A DNA stretch of 47,133 bases from Catajapyx aquilonaris (taxonomy: Eukaryota), in the NCBI GenBank assembly GCA_000934665.2, contig KZ538039.1, forward strand, positions 124,001 to 171,133, in the 5' to 3' direction. This document shows, in pieces, positions 23,783-37,234 of this stretch. Numbering within the stretch: the stretch's first letter is position 1; each line of letters starts with the position of its first letter. A model generated the notes under the pieces. The model made no database searches and was not told the origin of the DNA. It saw nothing but the letters and a program-made list of their open reading frames with translations. The translations under genes and the position numbers were made by a program.

Positions 23783-26700
23783 TTACTCCTCTTCCTCCTC
23801 TTCCTCTTCTTCCTCCTCTTCCTCTTCCTCTTCCTCCTCTTCTGCAGCAGGGGCCGCCTCCTCCTCCTCCTCTTCTTCTGGGGGCAGCTCTAATGGAAGC
23901 AGGTCCTCCTCCAGGTCCAGCTCAGGCTCTTCCTTCTTCACCTCTTCCTCCTCTGGAGTCTCTGGATCGCCCTTCTTCTTGCCAGGCCTCTCACCGAACC
24001 ACTTTGGAAGCCTCACTGTATGTCAAAAAAAATTCAATCAGCATATGCACAAATGTTATCCAAATGCAAAATCGTCATATTGGCAGAACATAGACAGTAC
24101 GTTAAACCAAAGAACGATCTGACGTCACGTTCAGCCCCGCCTCCAACCGGTTCCTTCCTCGAATCTCTCATGCGCATGCTCAGAAAACAATGCTGGTGTG
24201 ACGTCAGATCATTCTTTGGCTTCAAGGACTGTAGAAAGGAGCAACTGCAAGCGTTTTCAGGGGTTTGAAGTAGTCGGAAGAGAGCACACACCACAGACAA
24301 TTGACACAGAACAATCATGGACACATCGTGCAGGAGGTGACAAACAGGTCTGATGGCATAGGATTGTAATACTCTTCAAGTGTGTTTAGGAGGCGCCAAC
24401 ATGCAAGTTTAGGGCGCCACTTACTCTTCGGACGCCCGTCAAACTGCTCAGCCTTCTCCTGCCAGGTCTTCTCCGATACATCCTTAATCTGGCCATCGAT
24501 ACCCTGAGAGAATGATACGGGGGGAGGACAATATTTTGTCCCAGTTAGTTATTTTTGGGATTGCTAGTCACTTGGGGAGGAGACACACTAGTTTTTGCCA
24601 TCGGGGGAGGGGAGGGTCACACGGGAAAAAAAATAAGGTGGTTCTCAGTACTCGATCTATTTGATTTGGAAATGATATTCAGTAGAATGAGGACTGAGAA
24701 ATTGACACCTTGTATTAACATATACATACGTAATGCACACAAAACGTCCCACTTCCCAGAGCATTTGTAGACCTGGGAGATTCGGATTTTTTTTTGGAGG
24801 GATTTGGGGGGCCAGCTAATGCTGTGCCTGAAATAGGTCTTGCACCGGAAGAGATGAGTGTTTGGGGGGTAGATGAGGGTGGATATACACCATACAATAA
24901 AGGTGTTATGTCACCACTGCAATAAACGTCCAGAAGCACACGTTTCAGGCACATATGATAGGAAGCCTCCACATATTGACAAGTACTTACTCTTCTGCCT
25001 CTTTGAAAAGACATCGTACTTTGATTTCCAGTTTGTCTCACTGCCCTCGGAAATTGTCTTCTCTAATCCCTATCCGTGCGATGGGGGGAGGGGGGGAATA
25101 AATACCGGTTATAGTCTATCACCGCAAGAACTTGAAGATAAGCAGGTGATTCTATCTCTGCATAACATCACATGGCCTAAATTAGCCAACAATTTTGGAT
25201 GCTGCCAATTGATGATGTGACCACTCTGCCAGTTTCGTATGCAAAGTTAGAATAAACCACCTGCAAATTAACATTAAATCTTCCTGGAGGAATGATTTCG
25301 TGATTCGCCTACTGGCAAAATAAAACTGAAAGTTTTCAAATCAATGTTTCCAATTTTGGGAGGTCACATAATAGGCATATACTTACGCCCTGGAAGAGAT
25401 CTTTCTTGTCGCCATAGGTACGAGTATCCACACGACGCTCATATTTGGATGCCACCTGGATCTTGGGCTGTACGCGAAAGAAATTCGAAATAAATTCTCC
25501 ATCCGAACACAAGTCTAGAACCAGTGTGAACTTACAGGATGCTTTCCAGTCAGAGCCCTGAAATAGAGATATGCTTTTAGTCAAATTCTCCATACGTAAT
25601 AAGCAGTGTAACTTACTCGGGGTCAAGACCCTTCTTCAGAGCCTTGTGGCGCAACTGCTGCTTCTGTCGCTCCTTCAGCTCCTTCAACTGTGGGAAACAA
25701 GATGTGTTACATTTTGGTCATTTTAAAAAATATATCGAATGACTTACGTCGTAGTCCTGCCTCTTCTGTCTCTCCTCCAGATCGTACTTCTCGGTCTCAA
25801 GGCGCACAAGCTGATCCCACATCTCCTTGGCCTTGTTACGCAGAGAATCTGCGTTCATGTTATCGATGGCAAGGGGCTTGATACGGATGCTCAGGGCAAT
25901 ACGCTTCTCCTCCTCCAGTTGTTCCTTGGTCTTGGCCATCTCCTGCCTTGCGGAGCTCTGGACGCCTGTGTCGCTCTTTGTCACTTGGAAGTTGGGGCCT
26001 CCAGACGTTTTCTGGAAAATATATCAAATTATTGTCAAATACATGTTGGTGTCGCCAGAACTTCATTTTTGAACGATATTAATTTGGATGAATTGGATGG
26101 TCGCAACCAAATCATATGTAGAAAAGCTGGGTCAAGTTTACTCGACATGTAAATGACCCTGCGACGAATGACACTGGGGAAGTCCCACCAACTTGTCAAT
26201 CGTGACCTTCAGGTCACTCATCCATTGACTTTGATATCTATTGATTTCGATGACAGCCGTGGCATTGACTAGTAGTACCAAGGTAAAACCCATAAAAGTA
26301 GGACACTGACCCTCTGGGCCTGCATCATGGCCTGACGCCTTTTCTCAGACTCCTCCAGACGACGCATCTTCTCATCCTGCTCCTTCTTCTTCTTCTCCTC
26401 GACCTCCTTCATGCGCCTCTCCTCCTCCTTCCTCTTCTGCTGAGCCAAACGCTTCTCCTGTTCTGCACGAACAGTCTGCAAAGAAATGAAACAGTTCAGC
26501 GTGTGTCACAAAGGTTATGATGACAATCCTTCACCTTGCGCTTGGCCTGCCTGTCCTTCAGGCGCTTCAGTTCATCCTCCTCCTTCTGGCGCTGCTTCCG
26601 CCATTCCTGAATGTACTCCTTCAGTTGCTCGTCCAACTCCGTCGTGCTCTTAGTCTGCTGTTGGGCACGCTGGAAACGATAAACAACAAATGGTTAATAG

Positions 26701-29359
26701 CTACCAGGTGTTACGGAAGTGTGGAACGTACCTTAGCGAACTCTGGGACATCTTCCTTCTTAGTTCTGCGAAAGCACAAGAGACATATAATATGGGGAAC
26801 ATAATAACACTGCTGTTCACAGCAGGGCTCCAAAAAATCTGAAAAACCACACCATGCTTGAGAAATAATCTCACTGCTTTACACTGTTTATCAGGAAAAA
26901 TAAATGCTGTGGGCCATGCATAGGTATACTCTGAGGAATTAGGCAATTTGGAAGGATAGGAGAATGAACAAAAGGCACAACAGCAAACCGTCCCTCATTG
27001 CCTCCGCCGATAATGCTTGATCCTCCAAAGGATCTAACTATACAGATTATTATATTGTTCAGCCAAGGGATCCAAGTTATCTGCACCTTTAACCAGCGAA
27101 GACGCAAATTGTGATTTCAAATGGATCACTTTTTTGAACAACTATTCTCGTGCCACTACGGTTTTGAGTTACTAATTAACTACTGTAGTAACCAGTCCGA
27201 GTGAGAAGAATCTAGTGGTAAAAGCAAAAGGGTCTGCAGGTGTTAGGACTTCCGGCAAAAAAAAGAGAAGAGAAACCAGTCGTGTCATGTGATGATTGCA
27301 TATGTTTCAACTAGGAATAACATTAAGTTAGTGTAATCTTCAATAAGGTTTTTTTTTGCCGGAAGTAATCATTTCACATTAAGTACAGGATATTGCCAAA
27401 CCAAACAGAAAGGGTGGTAGAGAGTCGTGCATTGTAAAGTCACTCCACAAGACAAATCCAAACGTTAAAAAATGACAATTCGGACTGGTCTTTTTTGATA
27501 TTAGCAGAATCGGTACGAGGCAAAGAGGGTATGGGGCCGAAATAAAAAACAAATTCTCCATTTTGTAAAGCGGTAAGTCACCGCACTTACGTCTTAGTGG
27601 TCCTTCAATGCCGGAATCAGGAGAAGAAAGAAAAGAAAAAAAGAGAGGGTAAGCCTGAATCCAAGCCAAGGTATATAGTGAGAGACATACTGCTGTTTCT
27701 TTCAGCTTCTATACAGACATACTCTAGCTACAGACTTATTATTACCATTTGTCCAGAGGCAAGTAACCCTAACTACTACTGCACATTTGCAATGCGATTG
27801 AGTGACGTGCAAAATAGTCTACTGTCAGAATGTTTAATGAACAATGCTAACTACTGCTTCACGTTAGAGTGTGCATTGAGTAATCTAATATATCATTCTT
27901 CTATACTATAACTTGGTTAACTTATGTAAATCATCCACTTAGTGCCTACGATACTTATCCCGTCCAAGGACAAGGAGAAAAGGCGTGTACTCACGTGCTG
28001 TAATTTAGGAAAATAATATTGTTAGATTGTGCACATTTTTACGTTATGCTTAATTACGTTAAAATCATATTCAAATGTGTAATTGAATTGTGGAAGAAAA
28101 TAGCAGTGATATCATTGATGTCCACTTACGTCGTCACCTCCTCCTCCTCACTGAAAATAAGAAAAATATGTTGTAATATTTTTAACTAAAAATGAAACTA
28201 TTTAGTGTAAGTGACGTCATCATGAGCTAGTGAACATGTTGACATTTCAATTGGAAAAATTATGGTTTTTAGAATCGAAAATTGCCCATTTGCGAAGAAG
28301 TTAGTGCCCATAGATTATCGGCTCGGAAATGTTAAACAAAATACGCCAATTTGTGATCATACAACTGGCCCTCTCAATTACAAATTGGAAATGCTACATG
28401 TTGAACCAAAATTCAGTGAGTGAAAATTATTTTAAACCTGACCAAAACCTTTGCTGGAAGACAAAATAAAATGCTGCCAAGTTAGCAACTTTGGGTATCA
28501 TGTCACATACATATTATCGCACTCACAGTTTATAATTTGAAAGAAAGTATTACCGTAATATTCTGGTGATTACTTAAATTCCTCCCAAATATTCCTTAAA
28601 ATATTTTTAATGATCATATTGCAAAAGAGTAATTAAATATGATTTTCCTGATTCATTAGTTCCAATATTTCAGTGGGGGAAAAAATCAAAAAAATTTAAC
28701 CATTGCAAATCTAAACCTCTTGAAGTTGGAGCTGAGGTAACCTTATTTATTCCTCCATACAGATAAGGCAAATCTCAACGTCCTCAAAAATAGTCCATCC
28801 TTCGCCCACGTTTGCCAAACATATCCAGCCAGTCCTACATACCTACACCCCCTCCCCACCCTCCATATCCCACCCACCCTAACGACACCCCCCACCCTCC
28901 ACCCCTCAGATGCCCTACACCCTATTTCCTTCTAGCTGGATGCTGGATCTATTCCGGGATGAGCTAGGAGGTGCGACCCCACCCGCTCCTTATTTGGCAA
29001 CCCCTTCTCTTTCACAAACCTATCCGCTATCCCCCCAGGAGCAGACACTCATCATACCCACAGGAAATCATACATCACTTTACGCGCTTATGCAAGTTGT
29101 GGGTAATTGCAAACGGTAATGTCACAGGCGGCTAATTCAAATCGTCGGGAGCGGCTGACATTGGATATGAACTGAAAATAAGTCGTGTCCAATTGCAATT
29201 GGAAGAGCCAACACCTGTTATGTAACAATGCGGTCATTAACACGATTGTTTAATTGTGCGGCTGCAACCACACCTAACCACATCAAAATGTTCACTGCAT
29301 TATGACACCACCAACATGAGATAAGACAATACTTACGAGTATTCTTCTTCGTCAGACAT
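23783..29359 (-). CDS. TnT: Troponin T (arthropod type, upheld orthologue)
   Basis: Exons 29359-29337, 28150-28130, [27997-27995], [27602-27591], 26765-26732, 26669-26535, 26475-26311, 26011-25748, 25687-25617, 25557-25536, 25467-25387, [25069-24991 or 24503-24425], 24015-23783. Motifs [98 protein letters not shown], poly-Glu tail. Confidence 0.97.
24095..24231. mobile_element. Small CAGT-terminated MITE / hairpin in the last TnT intron
   Basis: CAGTACGTTAAACCAAAGAACGATCTGACGTCAC ... GTGACGTCAGATCATTCTTTGGCTTCAAGGACTG. Confidence 0.6.
28988..28997. promoter_or_regulatory. CArG box (SRF site) in TnT intron
   Basis: CCTTATTTGG fits CC(A/T)6GG in an early intron of a muscle gene; a single short motif could occur by chance. 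Confidence 0.35.
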
Positions 29360-29459
29360 GATCAGGGGTTGACTTCTGCAAGAGAGTTAGAATATGTTGA
29401 ATCCATCAAATCAGATCAAGAACCAAAACTTGAAGGAAAAAAAAATAAAACCAACTCAC

Positions 29460-29498
29460 TAAACGCCTTTGGCCGAGACGAGAGCTTATGCCGACTGA
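29460..29498 (-). promoter_or_regulatory. TnT initiator and non-coding exon 1
   Basis: TCAGTC (arthropod Inr) at 29498-29493, donor TTA|gtgagt at 29460/29459, next acceptor tgcag| at 29375. Confidence 0.6.
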
Positions 29499-32462
29499 GC
29501 CGTATGGGTTGGGCTTAGCAGGCGCTCTGAGATGAGTCCTCCGTACCTTTCAAGAATAGGTGCAAGCCCCTGAGATTCGGCCTGACTCGTATGTCCTCGG
29601 CCTTCTTCGACCCCCTCCTCCTTCTTCCCGAATGCAACGTATGTAACCAGAGAATTCTTGGCAGGACAGCCTCGTTCCGGAACCACATTTGGACTCCTCT
29701 GAAACTAAAACAATCTCAACTGCACTGCTTACTCGGATTCCCCCATTCCAGCAGGGACTACCTCATTCACGATTGACATGAGCACTCACGTTAAATGAAA
29801 AGGATCATTGCGCCTGATGATAGACAACCAGGTGGTCATAGAGAGCCCTTATTGCCTACCGTTTAGGATAACAAAACATGTTTTTTTTTTGCAAAAGGCG
29901 GGTAGGGACATGAAACATTTGCAAGGTTATGTCTGAAGTGTGGTTAGAGAAGCGCAAATTTCTCAAAAGGAATGGCTATCATTTTTGAAACGAGTCGTCA
30001 AAACAGAGAGATTTGCAGAATCCATAAGGAAGTTTTACTTGCGTATTAATCTTACAGCTGCTTCTTGAATCATGACATAGTGTCCTCGGGGTTCGTGTAA
30101 ATGAAGAAAATATCTCTCAACTACGAGAAAAAAAAAATCCTAACTCGTAACATCTCTTTTTATCCAAACAATCTGACCTCTAAGCAATAAGTCAATATTC
30201 CTCCTATTTACCCTTCAGAGTCATGTTCAAAAACTATCAGTAGGCCAGGCCTACCTTGAGGACTACAACTAATGAACACACTATTCATCTACAAGAGTAT
30301 ACCTCTGGCTTTTAGCGGAGAGTCGGGCATTACACGCCTTGTTAAATTCAGTAAAAATATGTAATTATTTATCTAGAGTACATATCACATGATATTTCCT
30401 ATGAACATCTGTTCTATGTTAGTTCATAATAATTATATTGCCAGTCAATGCAACCTATTTTTAAATGACGTCACTTGACTCTAATAGCTGCAAGATTTGG
30501 TCAGATATGAATGGGAATGTCCGTATCATTGGACTGAAACATGGGTATTAGTGTAGGCGTCTGGTAAGGATCCAAATGGTGGGGCCAGTGCACAGAAAGT
30601 GCGGGTCAAACTCTTGGCATATCACTCACTGCCCACACCTCCAACAATTTACAACATGCCACCCACCCATCTCGGTCCTAAAGTCTAATTTAACGTTCGG
30701 TTAAGTCAGCATTTGCCGTCTCATTACTTCTCATTTGAAAGAACGCTCCTCACTGCACAGCAAGGATGTTAGGCAGGACTAAATTACCTGGCTAACTAAT
30801 GCTGATAAAAAGAAGCTTAGTCTTTGATTGTAATCGCGGATTTGCAAATATATATAACACTGTGCCAAAGTAGAAATGCAAGGATTTTCTTGTGGATCAT
30901 TCTCTACTGCTCTCTGTACCTTTTACGTGGACGTGAGCCAGTTCCCCACTTGGAATCAGCTCTAGCCCCCATCGTTTCATTTTATTTTAGACTGCAGTCT
31001 CCTTGAGAAAGGGATGAGCTTCCGTATTGCGCTCACCTTCGTTATTTTCCAGGCACGGTTACAGTTTGCAATAATTCACTAGGTGGAACAATGCGACCGG
31101 CATTTTTTGCTAATGGTGACTCAGTACTGGACACCGTCATGGTCATTTGCTTCATTGTTGGCATCAAATGACGTCAATGCATGGAGACAAATATACATGC
31201 ACAAGTCGTATGCCTATCATAATATGAAACAGTAGGGGTATCGGTTCAAATAGCTGTTTGTCCACCAAATTCGCCGTTATATTATGATATTTATTTGGAC
31301 TTGGGAGAATATTTTGCTATGTCAAAAAATAATTCAACTAATTCCATTTGGAAAATTGCATGGTCATAAACGCGCAGTGTGTTGTTTCCTCTCGTGAAAA
31401 GTAAAGCATAATGGACACACAGTCTGCGATATTCATGTGATCAGTATGACTCGCGTGGCTTTATTATGCTCAATTGCGACACACAGCCAGTTGTCACAGA
31501 AGCAGTCAGGTTGTTGGTACACCAGGGTCTCTTGTTGGCTCATTTTTTGCACGGTGTATGACGATTATGCTGTTTATAATCATGGTGCAACTAGCCACTA
31601 CTGATACTGTCATAAATCAGAGTTATTAATTATTATGTTGCAATGGTGCCCAGTATAGGTAAGTTATTTGGGCTGGAGATACTGCTTTTGTGTGAAGTGC
31701 AGCACCAGCTGGTAAAGCACTGGCGCAGCTGGTTAACATTATATGACCACCATGCTTACAATGAATTCACTTCAAGTGTTACAGTGAACTCTTGAATTTA
31801 AAATAGATATATTAATATACCTTGCCAACTGCATACGGTTCAGTAGGCATAATGAACTGGTCTTTGAAAGTACATGCCTGGGCAAGGCATCATATACGTG
31901 CAACCGGCTGCTTATTATTAAGCAGTTTTGTATTGGCTATTTTAATGGTTATCAAAAACACTGACTGCTAATATTAAGTTTAGGCTGTATCTCTAACCAC
32001 ACCGTTATTTTGCCTCATCAAATAGGCAACCTTGACCAATGCGAGCTGATTTCCAGCCACCACATGCTGCACATGTCTCACTAAGGTTACTAAACCAGGT
32101 TCGGATCTGGCCTACTACTAGGCTTTTAGGACAGTGCTCATCAACTGCACGATTGAATGCCAACGAATGAATTTTGTAAGCACTCTCGGACGCTCTCGGG
32201 CCAACATAATTATGTTTAAATGCAATCAGTTCGTTGCAGCCACTTAGATCGGATCCGGAACCGGTTATAATTACTGGGCGCCGTATAAACAGGTCCAAAC
32301 CAAATAGTGCAGCCGTATTTTGAAACACCCGGCTGCGCACCAAGGTTACCAGACCTAACTTTCATCTGGCAACAACCCCCAATTTCCTCCACCTGGCAAC
32401 TGTGTGAAACTCCGCCTGGCAACCCTGCATCCAGTCGGCCACCATAACTTCCGGAATCCAAC

Positions 32463-33635
<1,173 letters not shown>

Positions 33636-33810
33636 GAGAGGACGTGTGAAGGAAACTAAAAAAATAATAATCCAATTTGATGGATATGGTGACCAATAAA
33701 GTGTCTTTATATCCACTTTGGTGTGTGTTGGTTATTTTGCAGTCATTTTTTGTAGTGGACATGGTTGAACTTCCATTTTATTGGAAGGTTTTGCAGTGCT
33801 GAAAGGTAAG

Positions 33811-34800
33811 TCACAAGCAGTGCTGGACAAGCATCTTCGTCCCGGTTCTTTCCTTTTCACAAACGGAAACGGTGTGGGTATGCCCTAAAGGGGCCGTGCC
33901 CGGACACAATTCTGGCCAAGTGGCCTTGGATGAAAAGTACCACGAGCCCCAATCTCCCATTCCCGCTGCCAGGCCTCCATTTGCGAATCGAATGCCTGGT
34001 TTCACATGTGGTGCGATTGATATGGGCAAGAAGCGGCGACCCAGTGAGCAGCACCGCCTTTGCTTCCTAATCAGCCAGCTCGTTACGGAGCGTACCTTGG
34101 TGTGCCTTAACCCAGTGATGTCCTGGTTAGCACCTTTCATCAGACTACGTGCGTATTGAGCCGATCCGTTCGTGGAGCGTGGGTTTACCACCGTTTGAAG
34201 AGCAGACTTGGGAGTCAAGAGATTATCCAGACAAAATGTTCCAGCGCAGAAGAAGCGGCAATTTCAAAGTCCCTCATGATCATAGCCAGCTCCACGTCAA
34301 AGATGCCAGCCGGTGCATTGAAAGGGATGTTTTCGCAGGGTGACCACTCACTGTCCTCCATCCATCACCACCACAGCCCCTCCAGCTTTCCGCCCCATGA
34401 TTGATCCGTCTGTGAAGATCAGGAGATCCACCCAAGTCGGCGCCTCCGTCCAAAAGCCAATGTCATGCCTGTTCCATTCCCAAGGTGGCGGAGAGTACCT
34501 CACTGGGACGGGAAGCCTCACCATACCCCGCCCCAGCTACGGAGTGAAGCCTCTGCCTCGCCTCCCAAATGGCCTTCGCTTGCAGTGCCGGTAGTGTATT
34601 CCCACTGGAATGCTACTCGCTGCATCATGACTGGCAATCCTGCCAGCACAACTCAGCATTAACACGTGCTACCGATAGCCCTACACCATGATGGCTGCAG
34701 GATGCACCCAGCGAGTAGTATTCCACACACTGATTCCATTGCAGATATACTAGCACCAATGTGGGAAGGGTTAACGGCACGCAAGACGCCAGCGAGCATC
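33811..34800 (-). mobile_element. Decayed non-LTR retrotransposon 3' ORF2 fragment with RNase H (R1/LOA/I-like)
   Basis: Minus-strand frames give VLAGLP, LLIFTDGS (IFTDGS at 34419-34402), FDVELA, (D)-KSALQ, HWVKAHQGTLRNELAD*EAK, WQREW, IVSGHGPFRAY..RF; contains stops and frameshifts. Confidence 0.85.
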
Positions 34801-35572
34801 CCGACCTATTCTTCTAAGGTGGTCACAAGTTTTCACTGAAGCAATCGGGTATTCACATCAGTTTGAGAACGACAGCTGGGTACTCAACATGCAGTACTCT
34901 GGTCACATGAAAATACCCATTAATTAGCCTAATTATGCAGCAAAAAACATGACCTAATAATGTATTTCAAAGGACTTTATTCTTCCACAACTCACATTTT
35001 TCAAATGGACATTAGCATCAATAATACGTGCAAAGAAGTTGGAGTACTCTTTGCAAGTCGACAACTCTGAACCAGTGAATGTCTGACAGTGGTGCGGCTT
35101 AATCCAATGTCATGGAGTCGAGGACAGGCTTGTCATCTTGTTAAATTTTTAAGAGGTTTTTATTCTGCAAAATTGTTACTGTAGGGCAAACGATCCTTTC
35201 CACGGACAGTTTGCCCTGCGGAATTGCAAAAAGTCGGATTTACAGTTGGCTCAGCATGCACACATCTGGTTAAGATGATAGGCATCTTTACACTTGGGAT
35301 ATGGTTACATATTCAAGTCATGCTCACAACAAAGGAAAGATTATCCTTCAGATCCCTGGCCTGGTCATAATAGACGTGCAGTTACACAAGAGGCCCAGGC
35401 ACCTCAGACACTGTCATGATCTCATAAGCTCAACTGCTTCTTTCCCATCTGGCCCTTCATGTAAAAGCACCCATTTTTACATCAATTCACAGTGAATCAT
35501 GATCTACTGTAGTTACGAGACCCTTACTTGGCAGTCGACCTACTTCAGCCTAAAATTATTATTGCCCGACAT

Positions 35573-35785
35573 ATAGCCAGATAGCCACAGTTGCGTTTCT
35601 CCCATGACCCCAAGAGGTATGCTGGCAGTAGCTTCATCTAATGGCAGGACCACCCAAGTCGGACAGGTCTTTAGGATAGGAGGCGGACTAAGATATACCA
35701 GTCCTTCCTCTCTTCATTTTCTCTTCGTTTCTGTCTCCATCTGTCCCACCTTTGTATCTACTAATAGCCAGATAGCCACAGTTGC
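35573..35785 (+). mobile_element. ~170-bp retroposed insertion resembling the RTE-clade 5' region, flanked by 22-bp direct repeats
   Basis: ATAGCCAGATAGCCACAGTTGC at 35573-35594 and 35764-35785. Interior ATGACCCC..TATGCTGGC..GGACCACCCAAGTCGGACAGGTC..GACTAA resembles, from memory, the RTE/BovB/Bov-A 5' segment. Confidence 0.6.
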
Positions 35786-36011
35786 TTTAGATCCTTCCCA
35801 CTCAATCAAACATAACGGCGTGAATTAAAATTTATGTCAATCTACATTCAGGGTTTATGTATAACCTCTAAATGTAATGGATGTCATGTTCAGGCTTAGA
35901 TCCCATCTCAAAGCTGTCCCATATTATACAAGTACATGAAAATAAAATCCACAATCCGAAACACTTCCAGTCTGAAGCATTTCAGATTATGACGAATTCT
36001 CAACCTGGGAA

Positions 36012-36076
36012 GGAATTTTCGTCCGACTGCTAGTTACTGCTAACTTAGCAGTAACTAGCAGTGGGACGAAAATTCC
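36012..36076. repeat. Near-perfect palindrome (32-bp arms, 1-nt spacer)
   Basis: GGAATTTTCGTCCGACTGCTAGTTACTGCTAA-C-TTAGCAGTAACTAGCAGTGGGACGAAAATTCC, one mismatch. Confidence 0.9.
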
Positions 36077-36215
36077 ACCCCTGAATTATTATTAATCAAA
36101 TCCTGCAACCAATGTAGCTGAAGCAGACAACTGCCAAGTAAGGCTCTGCAACTTTAATAATGTGTTGAATCCCATTTACAGTGTGATGCTGAGTCAACAA
36201 GTAGCCACCTCTGAT

Positions 36216-37234
36216 CTAAGATATTTTAGGCGGTGGAGGTGGAGGAGGTGGTCCAATAGGTCCGATTTTAGGTGGTGGTGGAGGCGGATGCAGTCCCCCA
36301 GTTGGTGGCGGAGGAGGTGGCGGAGGGGCCGGGACCATTGGGGGTGGGGGTGGGAGCGGGGGAGGTGGCAGGGAGGGCGGAGGGGGAGGGGGAACGTTTG
36401 TTGCCATGGGTGGCGGAGGGGGAGGTGCCATGGGTGGAGGCGGCGGAGGCGGCTTCAGCTTCACATCAGCCTTGAAGCTGCATTGCAGGAAGAACTGTTT
36501 GGTGTCTCGGTTCCAGTGGGTCCAGAAGTGTCCCTCAGACTTGTCTACCTCACGTGACGGAACCTGTGAGGCACAATATTATACAACCTGCCTGTAACAG
36601 AGATAACATGAAAACAAACTCCTACCTTGAATGCAATAGTTTCATACGGCTCTGCAGCAAAGAGCAAGTACTGCCACTTGCGGTCAGGCGGCTCCACCTT
36701 CTGCTCGTAAGCAGACATGAACCTGTGTCGAGGGACGACCCCTTCAGAAACCTCAGGGTAGTCAATCTGAAAGAGAAGCGACTGCTGGCCCGTGTCTGGG
36801 TCGCGCTGCTTGGTCACCCGATACCCAGGACGCCCAATCTTCACAAACTTCTTGGGCTCCACCCTTGGTTTTTCAGGGGCCGGCTGGGCAGGAGACTCTT
36901 TCGCTTCCTTCGCAGCCCTCCGAGCCAAGTTAGCCTGATGCTTCTTGCCCTGAGTATGAGCCAGGTACGACCCCTCATTGTTGTGGAGCGTCAGGCACAG
37001 CTTGCACTCATACGAACCTACAATGCGTCAAGTGTCGCTTAGGAACATCAATTACACCTAATTAGGCAAACAGGTCTTACCAAGATGGTTCTTCATAAAG
37101 TAGGGGTCCTTGTTGAGGTCGATGGTCTCCAGGGCCAGCTGCCTGAGCCTCTCCCTCCGATCCCGGTTCGTCTCGGACCATGACGCAACCCCACCTCCTC
37201 CAGTCTTCCCACCCGGACGGTTCTGGAAATCCAT
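36216..37234 (-). CDS. SF3A2: Splicing factor 3A subunit 2 (SF3a66/Prp11), 297 aa
   Basis: Exons 37234-37081, 37017-36626, 36563-36216. MDFQNRPGGKTGGGGVAS..RRERLRQLALETIDLNKDPYFMKNHLG, matrin-type zinc finger YECKLCLTLHNNEGSYLAHTQGKKH, FVKIGRPGY, AAEPYETIAFKVP, poly-Pro tail. A 5'-UTR intron lies at about 37572-37251. Confidence 0.97.

Noticed and set aside
23620..24122. Poly-Pro and poly-Ser plus-strand ORFs
   Set aside because: Reverse-strand readings of the TnT poly-Glu exon
30540..30625. Possible tRNA or tRNA-derived SINE (GGGTCAAACTC B-box-like)
   Set aside because: No cloverleaf or convincing A box; match too degenerate
31139..31147. Alternative RpL27A start exon ATG|gtcatt
   Set aside because: Weak donor; CAACATG|gtaaga at 32463 is far better and sits by an ETS-like ACTTCCGG in CpG-rich DNA
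32090..32270. Degenerate inverted repeat upstream of RpL27A
   Set aside because: Only ~18 bp with several mismatches and no definable termini or target duplication
36216..36464. Formin/WASP-like poly-proline gene
   Set aside because: In frame with, and part of, the last SF3A2 exon
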